A stretch of 62,920 nt of DNA, counting the filler, from Octopus bimaculoides (lineage: Eukaryota), in NCBI RefSeq assembly GCF_001194135.2. It is 8 parts of 7 records of this genome, joined end to end, with 100 filler letters (N's around TTAATTAATTAA, not from the genome) between each part and the next. Parts side by side here need not be neighbours in the genome. Positions count along the whole stretch, not along the records: positions 36,262 to 48,852 come from NC_068999.1; positions 48,953 to 52,881 come from NC_068983.1; 6 more parts are not named here. One strand, written 5' to 3'. Made by a program: the position numbers and the translations under genes. Positions 38,696 through 50,841 of this stretch are shown here, one piece after another (the first letter of the stretch is position 1; the number at the start of each line of letters is the position of its first letter). The notes under the pieces are model-generated. The model saw nothing but the letters and a program-made list of their open reading frames with translations, searched no databases and was not told the DNA's origin.

Positions 38696-39103
38696 AGGCA
38701 TGGCTGTGTGGTAAGAAGCTTGCTTCCCAGTCATGTGGTTCTGGGTTTAGTGTCACTGCATGGCACCTTGGACAAGTGTCTTCTTCTATAACCTCAGGCC
38801 AATCAAAGCCTTGTGAGTGGATTTGGTAGAAAGAAACTGAAAAGAAGCCCGTCATAAAAGTATATATGTATGTATTTATGTGTGTGTTTCTCTGTTTGTT
38901 CCCCTTGCCCCACTATCGGTTGACAATCGATGCTGGTGTGTTCATGTCCCTGTAACTTAGCAGTTTGGGAAAAGTGACTTATAGCGTAAATACTAGTCTT
39001 ACAAAGAATAAGTCCTGGGGGTCGATCTCGTTGACTAAAACTCTTCAAGGCAGTGCTCCAGCATGGCTGCAGTCAAATGACTAAAACAAGTAAAGCAGTA
39101 AAG
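38696..39103 (+). mobile_element. SINE family 1, CpG-decayed full copy
   Basis: catggctgtgtggtaagaagcttgc...gcagtcaaatgactaaaacaagtaaag. Confidence 0.88.
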
Positions 39104-39242
39104 ATTTTAGAACATTTAGAAAGAACCTTACATAGATGGTAGTGCCTAGCATGCAAATAGCCTATTTAAATAGCAACCAGTTAAAAAGCAATTAATTATA
39201 TTTATTTTGATGAGTTGTTTTGGCTGCCAACGTTGTTGCTTT

Positions 39243-39460
39243 GGAGGCAGTGAGTTAGCAGAATCATTAGCATGCTGGGAAAAATGTTTAGTGGCATTTT
39301 GTCCATCTTTACATTCTGAGTTCAGATTCTGCTCAGCTTGACTTTGCCTTTCATCCTTTCAGGGTTGATGAAATAAGTACCAGTTGAAAACTGAGGCTGA
39401 TCTAGTCAACTTATCTCTTCCCTTGAAATTGCTAGCCTTATGCCAAAATTTGAAACCAAT
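39243..39460 (+). mobile_element. SINE family 2 copy with essentially no CpG left
   Basis: gaggcagtgagttagcagaatcattagcatgctggg versus aaggcggcgagccggcagaatcgtt at 22151. Confidence 0.88.
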
Positions 39461-39913
39461 ATGGTTGTTGTCTTTACCAGTAGTCATATAGACATATCCA
39501 CAAGGTGTCTCTGTCTGTTTGACATTTTGTTGGCAAAAAGTTAAATCAACCGATTAGTAATTTAGTAAGGAATCACAAATTCCTTTGAGACTAATTTACT
39601 TAAGTATTTAAGACTTCATCTGATATGTAACACATTCACTAAATAATTAATCAAGAATTATTAGGGTAAATGAAGAGGGGCTTAAAGGCTTGATGTAGGG
39701 CTGAAAGTTAATGGTATTATTGAACATGTACAAAGTAAATTTAATTATGAATAAAAAGCAGCTCTAGTGTTGTAAACATTATTGACCGCACATATTCAAT
39801 GTATGTGTTTTACTTGTTCACCAGTTTGCTGTGGGACTGCGGTCTAGGGATGACTTCCTCTTAGCACTGGGTGTTAAGACACCTGAAAGTCATAGACATG
39901 GGAGACAACTCAC

Positions 39914-39998
39914 CCTCAAAGTAATTAACTACTAAAGTTATTAAAGTGCAGTAGTTAAGGAGAATATTTAGAACAGGCAGGGTTTCAACAATTAAAAA
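39914..39998 (-). CDS. Candidate 85-nt exon, hydrophobic (FLIVETLPVLNILLNYCTLITLVVNYFE)
   Basis: Acceptor ttccttctcag|T, consensus donor GAGG|gtgagt, open frame; no homology recognised. Confidence 0.22.
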
Positions 39999-40242
39999 CT
40001 GAGAAGGAATTTCGTATAAATCAACACACACACACACACACATACAGGCACATATATACACACATATACTCACACACACACATACACAAACACACACATG
40101 CATACAGACACATGTATACACACACACATGTATACTCACACACATAGACATGAACACACTTCAGACACATATTCACATACATGTACCTACCTCACCCACA
40201 CACAATTATACACATATGAGTTCCTGTATATGTGTGAGAGTA

Positions 40243-40820
40243 CAGGGTGGAGCAGAGACAACAGACATTTTTAAGAAATTCACAAAATCATCAATTTTAG
40301 CTGCAAACAAATTTTATTGGCATCAATGTGTTCATATTGAATTAACATTTGTCAAAGTCAAGTGTGGAAAACAACATCCATCTTGTGGTGTCCGTTTTCA
40401 TTGATGCATTTCTGAAGGCGTTCTTGGAAGTTGGCCTCCACTCTCTCCAGCATTGCTCTGTTGATTTGGGTGACATTGCTCTCTCGGATTTTCAAGAGCC
40501 CAATAACAACAGTTCTGTTGATTCACCATGCCATTGAGATGAAAATGAGCTTCATCACTCATTAACAAAATGAGGTTGTCATTTGCCTCAAAAATTAATT
40601 TCATCTGACATGCGAACTTAAGCCAGTGTGCATAGTTCCATGGTTTCAACTGTTGCCCAATGACCGATTTGTATAGATGGAAATGCAGGTCTTCATGCAA
40701 AATATGCCTTACCAATCGATTACCGATGCCAAGTTCAGTGGAATGCCTCCAAGCAGAGCGATTCGGACTCTATATCAAAGCTTGTCTGACACGTTCCACT
40801 GAAGACTGTTATGGCAGACT
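40243..40820 (-). mobile_element. rosa/DD41D-like transposase relic, 3' part with TIR, internally deleted
   Basis: ILHEDLHFHLYK...LLMSDEAHFHLNGMVNQQNCCYWALENPR; C-terminus LQKCINENGHH; end TA-CAGGGTG. Confidence 0.8.
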
Positions 40821-41454
40821 TAAAACACAGGATGAAACACGGGTCCATCACTATGATCCTGAGACTAAAGTCCAGTTGAAGCAAAGAAGACTTGTGTCCA
40901 GCCCTCAGCAGGCAAGGTGATGCTCACAGTCTTCTGAGATCAATGCGGAGTAGTGATGATGGATTTTACGGCAAAGGGCACCACAATTAAAGGAACATAT
41001 GCTTCTCTGCTGCAGAAATTACGGGATGCTATCAAAGCAGAGAGGCTTACTATGCTGACCAAAGGAGTCAGCCTCCTCCAAGACAATACGCCAGCTCACA
41101 ATGCACATGTTACCCAGATGAAAGCACACCCCTGCAGCTATGAAATCCTTCTTCATTCCCCCTTACTTTACTGACCTCGCATCATCTGACTTCCACCTCT
41201 TTCCAACCATGAAGTCTTTTTGAAGGGGAAGCACTTTTCAGATGATGATGAACTTATTTCCGAGATAATGTCTTGGCTTCAGATGCAACCTACTGACTTC
41301 TACAGACGAGATCTTCACTGATACATAAAGAAATGGGAGAAGTGTGTCACCATTGGTGGTGACTATATAGAGAAAGACTAATAATTATGCCAAGTTTCAT
41401 TTACCCCAGTCCTTGGGAAGCGGGTCAGGGGAAATCTTTAATGAACACCTCTTG
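40821..41454 (+). mobile_element. Mariner DD34D (irritans-like) relic, catalytic half with 3' TIR
   Basis: QDETRVHHYDPETK, LLQDNTPAHNA, DLASSDFHLFPTMK, KWEKCVTIGGDYIEKD* (stop 41381); end ...gaacacctcttg-TA. Confidence 0.9.
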
Positions 41455-42302
41455 TATATAATATACATTTAACTCTACACACACACGCACACATACACGT
41501 GTGTGTGTGTATATATATATATCTGTGTGTGTGTGTGTGTGTGTGTGGAGAGAGAGGGAGGGAGGGAGAGAGAGAGGTGCTGTTCAGAAACTCAGTGAAA
41601 TGATTGAACCACCACATCACACCTACATGACCCTCCCTATCACACACATACACACACACACATACATTTTATGCTCATGTACACATACATGCTATTTTAC
41701 ATTTAAACATTTAGATCAAACATGTAATTTAGTTCTTATTTCAGTTTCTTAATTTGCTTATGCATTCTTAAAAGATTTCTTTTTTCCCCATTGTTTGGAG
41801 CTTGAGGAGATTAATATGTCAGGTCTCTAAATTAACCTAACCTTATTTCATGCATTCTAAAATGGCAGGTATTAATAGCACTATTTGTAATTGATGAAAT
41901 AAAAGCCTTGGTTGGCATGTTGCATTCTTCCCCTGTTTCTAATTGAGCTAAATTTTTAATTTTTTTATTTATAGCACTTCATGTAAAATTTTACTAAATT
42001 TGGAAAGGTTTTACCAGTGTTATATAAAAATCTCTTCCACAGACTTCAATGTTTACTCTTGTTGATTTTCCATCGTGCAATAAACATCCTTGAGTATTCA
42101 TATATGTAAGATATACAAGTAAATCTTTTGTTTTCTTTCTATCTCAGATTCTTTTGTTCTGGGAAGTTTGTAAATAATATATGTTTTAAGTGGAGTTAAA
42201 TTTAGCTTATATTGATGTCCAACTGAAGGCTGCTAAATCATACAAAGTTAGACATGCCAGAAGTGTTCAGGAGATCTGAAATTCTATAAAGTTGGATATT
42301 TA

Positions 42303-42365
<63 letters not shown>

Positions 42366-42560
42366 TATCATTTATATGTTTCAGTCATTAGACTCCAGTC
42401 ATGCTGGGGCACTGCCTTGAGGAATTTTAATTGACTAAATCAACCCCTGTATGTATCTACTAAATACCAGTTGAACACTGGAGTTGATTTAATCAACTTA
42501 GACCCTCTCCAAAACATGCTGGCCTTGTGCCCAAATTTGAAACCATTATTACTATTATTA

Positions 42561-42790
42561 AGGCATAAGGCCTGAAATTTGTGGGAGGGGGATAGTGAGT
42601 CACATTGACTCCTGTACTTGACTGGTACTTAATTTATCAACTCTGAAAGGATGAAAGGCGAGGTCAACTTTGCTTTTCATCCTCTTGAGGTCAATAAACT
42701 AAGTGCTAATGAAACACTGGGGTTGATATAATTGACTAGTCCCCTCCTCCAAATTTCATGCTTTGTACCTATAGTAGAAAGAATTATTAT
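42561..42790. mobile_element. Fold-back made of two opposed SINE family 2 3' halves
   Basis: Minus-strand half ends ggatgaaaggc; plus-strand half starts gaggtcaactttgcttttcatcc. Confidence 0.75.
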
Positions 42791-42792
42791 TA

Positions 42793-45700
42793 ATAGTACA
42801 TGACCTGTCAATAAGTAAAAAACAATGCTATGATTAGAATAACATTTCAATTTAATTCAACTATTGTTTGAGAAATGCACAAAAGATATGATTTGATAAT
42901 ATATTTACATATTCCTATGTATGCAAATACTTTACAAAATCAGTAATAAAATAACAAAGAGAATATTAAGCAAATTTGTACTTTTTACATAGGCAGCATA
43001 TCAATATTTACACTATTTCTGTGTAGACAGCATTACGTGTAAGTCTTCTTACATTTTCATTATGACGTCTACTTGTTCCTGATCTGGTAAATTCTTTTTT
43101 ATCAGCAAATATTTTAAGATTCACTGGATCCCCAACTCTACTAAGAGCAACATATAACTGGCCATGAGTAAATATGGCTGCAGGCATGTCGATGCTGCAC
43201 TTAGGCTTTGTCCTTGACTTCTGTTTATAGACATTGTGAAAGCAGGTCTCACTGGAAATTGGCGTCTTTTCAAAGTAAAGGGCAAATCGGTATCAGATGG
43301 TTGCAGAATAATGCGAGGAATCAAAAGTGTGCATTCTGCATCAACACCAGTTATTTTACTTGCAGTGATCTGACACCAATAACACTCTATAATGTGCGCC
43401 ATTGCAGTGCCCATTTCTCTGATCTAAGTGTCTTAGCAACATTATAGGAACACCCGTTTTTAATTTGATAATGTGAGGTGGCATGCCACTTATATTAAGA
43501 GAATTCAGAAATTCAGGAGGATAGGGTGCAGATTGCTGATCTTCTGCAACGGAATCAATACTCCCCAGAGTATATATCTCACCTGGAAATTTCTGGATTA
43601 TGTGGTTATTTAGATTGTCAACCCCTTCATTCATTGTTGTTAATATTGCTCGTGACGATAACTATTGGGCATTGTTAAAATTAACCTCTAAATCTTCATA
43701 GACATGGTTGATCAAATCCTCCTTGCTGTTCACTTGAAATTGCTGAGGAATCACTATTACATCATCATATAATTGTCTTTGAACATTGGGGATTCTTCCA
43801 TCACCAACTTGCAATAACCAAACAGAAGGATATGCCAGTCGAGCTTGAGAGGTGGTATTATTGCTGAGACAGTTTTGCACTCTCATATGAGTGGTGAGAT
43901 GAAGTACTTTGCATTCGTGCCAAATTAAGGGTTTTTTCAAACCTGCTCCAATTAGAGAAGACCTTTGTGCTTTTTGAACTACTAGAAGAATTTGATGGAA
44001 ATCACCACCTAAAATTATCAATTTGCCACCAAAGATCAAGTCGTTGTTCATTACATCCTACAGTGTTCGATTCAGCGATTCAAATAGATAACGATAACAC
44101 ATGGGTGCCTCGTCCAAGGCAATCAAGCATACACCATGAAGCAAACGGCGAATGGCATCAAGAAGGGATATTTTGCATGTTAAATTACAGTTTTACCAGT
44201 ATGGGGAGCTTGAATCGAGAGTGACCAGCGCAGCCTAGCTTCAACAGTATCGCAGCAATGCCCGATGACGCTGTCGCAATAGCTAGTTGGTTGTTTTTGC
44301 GCACATAAGACAGTAATATACTAAGAAGAAAAGTTTTGCCAGTACTCCCAGCTGCATCAATAAATATCAAACCACCTTCATTTCTATTAATTTTCTGTTG
44401 AATATTTTCAAAAACGATTCTCTGGTCATTATTTAGCATATGGATGTTAGCATTGAAAAATTCTTCTGCATTTGGATCCATCTCATTTTCATGAAGTAGA
44501 ACATTATTCATTCGGAGATAATGTAAAGCAGCTGGCAATCCAAAAGATATTGTACTACGGTCATACTGACCCATGCGATGATCCAATTCACACAGCATAT
44601 CATTCAGGGCAATATCCAAAGCTGTTTCATGAGAAAAATTGTGTTGTCTCATTTGATGGAAGTAATCTTGGCAAAAATCGTTGCGAAATATGTATAGTTC
44701 TAGTGGTCTGGATGGAGAGCAAAACTGAAGAATACTGACAAACAAATTTCGTAAAATATTCACTGAACGTATTGTTCTTGCCTCATTTAGACAAAGTTTC
44801 CATTCTTGATAATTTTCTAATAGATTCATAATTTGAGATGCATGTCTAAAATTTTCGCAAATAACACTGTTAATTGTGATTAAATTTTCAAAGCTTGTTG
44901 CTTCCGCTTTATGTTGAAGTAATAGTCTAAGATAAAATAGCTCCCCTTGCGATGGATGTACTGCGTGCATTCTACCAATAGCTTCTGGAGTATCCTCACT
45001 TTGTCTAACTCTTCTCCTCCAACTTTTATTATTGTTACACCAAGTATAATGTTGTGGAAAGTCACAATAGAAGGATATCTTTTGCTAGGGGATCTTCTTC
45101 ATTCATCTTGAAATATGCTGTCAATTTGGTCGATCTATTTTTTGCTAAAGCTTCTTCTGCATAATTCGGATTAAACACAATCATCTGTTGATCTGGCAAG
45201 TGTATCGACAAGCATTCAACAGCAGGCTGCCTTTGCTGAACTGGAAACTCAAATAATATCCAACAAGCCTCTGACGCTCCAGTATATATTTTGTAATTCG
45301 AAATTTCATCCATTTGATTTTCGTTGCCAACATTAAAATGCACGCCATCTTCTTGTCTGTGTAGAGAAACTGTTGTATAGTCAACACCTTTGATAATGTA
45401 CTTGTAAAAATATTTCACAGCTTTGATAGATGCACACCATTCAAGATTAATATGCGCCTTGTACTTCTGCAACAAACAAGCATTATAAGGAACTACATAA
45501 TGGTTATCAACAACAATTTCTCTATTTCCAATCCGTATTGAAGCTGTGAAGCCACCATCTCGAGAGTTTCAGCAACGAAACCTGTGGATAAGAATCATTT
45601 CCAATGAAGGTTTGTGATCTGTAATCTTTTGGATATCTTTTACTGCAAACGCCATTCACCATGCAAGGAGAATTGAAATTATCTTTTCCGCAGGGTCCAT

Positions 45701-48198
45701 GTATCATGTGTTTCTTCACCAAGGAATAAAGATGTGATGTTAATGGGTTTTCAGTATTAGGAAGTTCAGCTGTAACAATTTTATCAATTTCTTGCCATAT
45801 GTTGTGATGATTTTGTATTATAATGAGGCAATCCTTTTTTGAAATTCCACTGTGTTTACATGAGCAATAAGTTTCCCAAGGACTCCTGATTTGATATCGT
45901 GCAATAGTGTCTGTTACTTTAATTTAAATACTCTTGCAGTGATATCTGGTCACACAACCGCCGTCTGGCCCACAGAAAACTTGTTAACTATTTCATGTCG
46001 TTTTGGGTTGCATGTAAAAGTCAAAAATAAAGTAGGTTTGCCAAACTTTCTAACTATGGCCATTGCATCCTGGTAGTGTTTTGCTCTATATCGCGGACTT
46101 TCTGTAAATGAACATGGTAATATGCCTACGACTTGTATGATCAGTATCACCTGCAAGTATAGCATCTTGTAAGCTGTTATATAAATCAATTATTAAGGTT
46201 GCTTGATTGTTACGAACATATCGTAGACGGGTGGATTGTACTTTGGCAAATTAATCTCCACAGTATTGCTAAAACAAACGCTGACCTAATTGCAATATAT
46301 TTGTAGATCTTGTTCTTTTCTTGATGCGATAACAATAAAATTGAACTATTGGAATTTGAAGGTTACCATTTTCATTCATTAATCCATGGTGCCACTCATC
46401 TAGGCCGGCAGGTAAAAAACACGGGTACATCATTGGGTCATATGATCGATGCGAGTTACTTAATATTTGTAAAGATTTTTGGTTATTCTCTGCTCTGAAT
46501 TTTGTTACAACCATTCGTTCTGAACAATTCGTTTCCTCATCAAGATTATTTCGTATAAGGGTAGCAAGCTCAGAAGAAGTTGGTAGATTATATCTCCTGG
46601 AATGTTCCCCATGAGGTTTTTTTTTATCCGCATGTAAGTCAACTGACACATGAGCAGGAATATTTCCAGCCTCAATTTGCTTCTGCACGGATAAAAAAGA
46701 TTTTAAGTATTACCAGCAGATATAGCAGAATGAATTTTTCGAAATATATTTACATCGAAGGCTTGGTTTGCATTGTTAAGAGGCACTCTTTCCATTCGTC
46801 TTCTTATTTGTTCTTCATGATCATAGAAATACGTTTGTAAGGTAGACGGGACTGTTCCTATTTAGTTTCTAGGAGCTCCATTAAGTTTATAAAGAGTTCC
46901 GTGTATTCTGTAATTTGTAATTCCTCTCAGTATTGAAGTGTCAACTACTTTCATAGAACACATTGCCATTGCGCTGCTGAACCTTATTTTTCTTCAGGGG
47001 TATTAGAAAGAAAGAGATCAGCAAATTCGTTCGGTAACTTAGGGATATTTTCAATTTTTATCATTCCTGATTTACAACATGTACCAAAACTGGGATTGTT
47101 CATTGTTCCTCCTGTACGCTCTCCAATAAACATCAAAGCATTGCAGTAATGGTAGCGCACTTCCATGAGACCGCAACTATGGCAAGCAACGGGAACGGGA
47201 ACCTGTAGAAGTCCATCTATATCTTATTGTCGAACTATATATTAAGAGTCAGCCTATTATTGAATTGCCGACGTATTCAATGTTGTGCTGCATTTTGTTC
47301 TAAAATCTGCTCACGTTGTTCTTGTGACAATTGTTGTCTTGCATTTCTATGCTGAGCAGCATCTTGTTCAAAAATTTGCTTTCTTCGCTGCTGTGACTGC
47401 GCTAAACGGAGCTGACGCCGTCTTTCTGTGTTCCTTTTACGTTGCTCTTCCTTCTGTTCTTGAGTTTGCCTCAATCTTCGGAATTGCTGACTCCAACATT
47501 TTGCAGTTCTTCTATAATTGGACCGTTCCTCTTCCATGGACAAATCTTAATTAAATATTTATTAATTAAATAGAATAGAACGAAAATAAAAACATAATAG
47601 TGAGACAGGCAATTGTCTTGTGATGACAATATTGGTATCTCATTTAAACAGCATGAGGTATAAAAATAACCAAACTTTCTCAGAAACATTCGCATACATA
47701 CTTACGCACACACATACATGTTTTTATTTGAGACTCACAAATAGGAATGAATGAAAGAAGAACATCAAAAAGTATAACGAATACGTTGACAGAGCTATTG
47801 AAACGGTACCCACACGTAACGGTAAATATTAAGAATGACACCAACTCCTGGAAACACTATTTTGAATCCCTATTTTCATGATGCGTTAGNNNNNNNNNNN
47901 NNNNNNNNNNNNNNNNNNNNNNNNNNNNNNNNNNNNNNNNNNNCTGTCTATCTCTCCCTCTCTTCCTCAATATCTGTTTCTTTCTTTCTTACATTCTCTA
48001 TTTAATTCACCTTCTATTTTCCTTAACAATCTACAGCAGCTTCTCTTTTTGTCTGTCTATCTCTCCCTCTCTTCCTCAATATCTGTTTCTTTCTTTCTTA
48101 CATTCTCTATTTAATTCACCTTCTGTTTTCCTCTAATTACTGAAGGCTTCGGACAAACGGAACAAAACGGACGTACGTAGCAGTCATTATTGTAAGGA
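42793..48198 (-). mobile_element. Near full-length Helitron
   Basis: 5' end A|TCCTTACAATAATGAC...GTCCG at 48198; Rep-helicase remnant inside; 3' end tentative (TGACAGGTCATGTA-CTAT-T at about 42793). Confidence 0.85.
43008..47537 (-). pseudogene. Helitron Rep/PIF1 helicase pseudogene with many stops and frameshifts
   Basis: Zn-binding CC motif (FGTCCKSG), YRIHGTLY, YDPMMYP, Rep motifs LFLTFTCNPK, VEFQK-GLPH and KYFYKY; helicase motifs DAAGSTGKT, GGDFHQ, QFPVRPAFTMSINRSQGQSL, HGQLYVALSRV; ends TRNAVYTEIV*. Confidence 0.95.
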
Positions 48199-48699
48199 TT
48201 GAACAATTTGGTGTGTGACTTATCAATGTATACAATGTGTTTGTTTGCTGTAGGTGCCGGGAAGACACTTGGCAAGAACTTAAAATAAACTTGAAGGAAG
48301 AAAAGAAATACTATCGCTTTTTTTCTTCTATGTATGATATTTTCTCCTTTTATTATTATCAAAGCAAATATTTCATTTAAAACGATGGATTATGTTTCAA
48401 TTACAATTTATGATATGAAATAAAATTTCAAAACAATGAAAGAAGGAAAAAAATTCAGTTTCATTTTGACGACAAACGCTGTTTCTTACATACAAGCATT
48501 CGTATACTTCCCTTTTACACACACAAACAGTCACATACATTCCTTTTATATACGCATATGTTCTCTCTCTCTCTCTTTGTGTGTCTCTGTCTTTCTTTCT
48601 TTCTCTCTCCTTCTCTACCTCTCTCCCTCTCTCTAACTCTACTAATGGTTTTTTCTATCTCTTTATCACCCCTTCCTTCGTTATTGATATTGTAGTAAC

Positions 48700-48850
48700 G
48701 CCTGCGCATGCGTAGTCTTACGCATGCGTAGAATTAAACAAGCAAGCGTTTCCCGCTCAATTCATTCTCTTTCTCGCTGGCCAGCGATTGAGCATGGACG
48801 TGTATTTAAGCTGTCTCTCTACATCTTTCGGACTTACACTCGACAGCTCG
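48700..48850. promoter_or_regulatory. CpG-rich promoter-like patch (NRF1-like x2, E2F-like)
   Basis: TGCGCATGCG at 48703, TACGCATGCGTA at 48719, TTTCCCGC at 48749, palindrome TCGCTGGCCAGCGA at 48774. Confidence 0.35.
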
Positions 48851-48964
48851 CANNNNNNNNNNNNNNNNNNNNNNNNNNNNNNNNNNNNNNNNNNNNTTAA
48901 TTAATTAANNNNNNNNNNNNNNNNNNNNNNNNNNNNNNNNNNNNNNNNNNNNATATATATATAT

Positions 48965-49500
48965 GTATGTGTGTCATTATTTAGTTTTATTTCAAGGTTT
49001 CTTTCCAATAGAGAAGGAAGCACTTTCTATCCTAGATCAAGGCTCCTTCATACAATATCAACAACGTAAACAGGGTATTTTGTATGTATGTATGTATGTA
49101 TGTATGTATGTATGTGTGTATGTATGTATGTACGTACGTACGTATATGTGCAGGTTTGTATGCTCTGTTTTATGTGTCTTCTCATGCATTTACTTGAGTA
49201 TCAAGACATGCTCATATATACTTAAATGGCAAACTTCTGAAAAGTTTTACAGAATTTTACACTTCCAGTGATGAGTTGGACTTGTAGTCTTCGAATCAGC
49301 TTTCTCCTGTCTGGTTTTGAGATGCCTAATTTCTCAAGATTGGCATGTATATATGTATGTCATTGTTCAGATTTATTTCAAGATTTCTTGCCAATAGGTA
49401 AAGAGCCGGTTACTAACCTAGATTCAAGTATTCTTCATTGGAATTTCAACATCAACAACAGGGTATTTTTGCTTGTATGTATGAATATATACAGATGTAC
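48965..49500 (+). repeat. A-B-A partial tandem of a dispersed repeat (family also at 4125-4390)
   Basis: gtcatt...atttcaag.tttctt.ccaatag...ctagat.caag...caacag/aacagggtattt occurs twice (about 48970 and about 49360). Confidence 0.65.
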
Positions 49501-50676
49501 GTATGTATGTACTTACGCATGCATGTAGGCATGTATATATGTGTATATATGTAAGTGTGCGGGTGTGTATGTGTGCGTGCAAATATGTATATACATTCAA
49601 ATGTGGAACAAGATGACACAAGATGAAGGTACGACAAAACAGAGTAAATCGCACACAATGTACTTGCACATGCTTTTATTGTGTACACACACTTATATTG
49701 TATACATATACTTATTCATACGAATGACACAATGTGATGATCATATATCATAGTTCTTAGCGTGTTAAGAAGAAATATATCAATCGCCGTTTTATTTCTT
49801 CTTCGGAGTAGAACTCCTTATTTTAAATGATGTGTGTTGACAGCACACGCACACGATTAAGTGATAATGGGATACTTTGAGAGACCTGTGTTTCGACAGC
49901 CTTTAAGTGAAAGGAACCTCAGGATCATTCACTCCAAAGAACAATTGCCATTCTTATTTATAGAGTTCAGCAAAAATTAATTTCTGGTACGTACTGATGT
50001 ATACCAACACTGTAATAAATTATTATGAGCACGTAAAAAGAATGATGTACATATTTTTTCTTAACATATCGTGGCTGATGTAAACGTGAACAGACTGAAT
50101 ATATTGTTATTTCCAAGCAAGATTTTCTAGAGATCTGTTGGTTTCTTACGCATATCATTCTCTCTGTTTAGAGTTCGCCCGAACTACCCAATAATGTTGA
50201 CCTACTCTACTGTTCACTAAACACCATAGATGAAGTCATGACTCTAAAATTATTCAATCCCAATTCTACAAGAATATTAATGAACAAGCCTTGAAAATAT
50301 TAGACCGAAATGGTTGTTCATTTCATTGCTTAAACATATTCAAGAAATTTCACATCGGTGCCGTCAAACTACTGGGTCATTTTTCTATCTTAGAATATTA
50401 GCGATGTTTGAAATGAAGAATTGTTGTTCTATAGAATGAGACAATGTGAGAAAGATAGATGTCATAATAAACATACCATGCAATGCTAAACACAAGATAC
50501 GATCGCTTCCACAAATGGCCATTAATTTTTCCATTTGCTCGCATTTTCACTTTCACAAAAGCATTCCATTCATGATTATTTTATCTTTTATTCATGCGTA
50601 ACATATCTGACTAAAATGTTCAATGATTCTTTCTGTGTTTTAAGAATTCTTGGTTATGACTTGATGTATACTTAAC

Positions 50677-50841
50677 TTATATTTATTGCCATTAAAGCGA
50701 CCAGGTTGAAGTTTCCTCGTTCTCTGGATTTGAACGCCATTTTCCCTATAGGTATAAACATTCTGACATTTAATCTGGATATCAGCCTCGTAATCTTCAC
50801 CATAAACGGCCTGTCTGCAACGACTATGGATACTGAAACTC
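50677..50841 (-). CDS. Candidate exon (SFSIHSRCRQAVYGEDYEADIQIKCQNVYTYRENG...)
   Basis: Acceptor aattatgttttatag|G; non-repetitive sequence; this frame and its antisense register are both open; donor weak. Confidence 0.25.

Noticed and set aside
47944-48132. Near-identical tandem duplication, period 109, in the Helitron leader
   Set aside because: Starts exactly at a gap edge; could be real but cannot be separated from misassembly.
49262-49320. GTGATGA...GAATCAGCT hammerhead-like string (related copy at 4335)
   Set aside because: G3 without C8, GAAA broken, no helix I, and the second copy lacks helix II.
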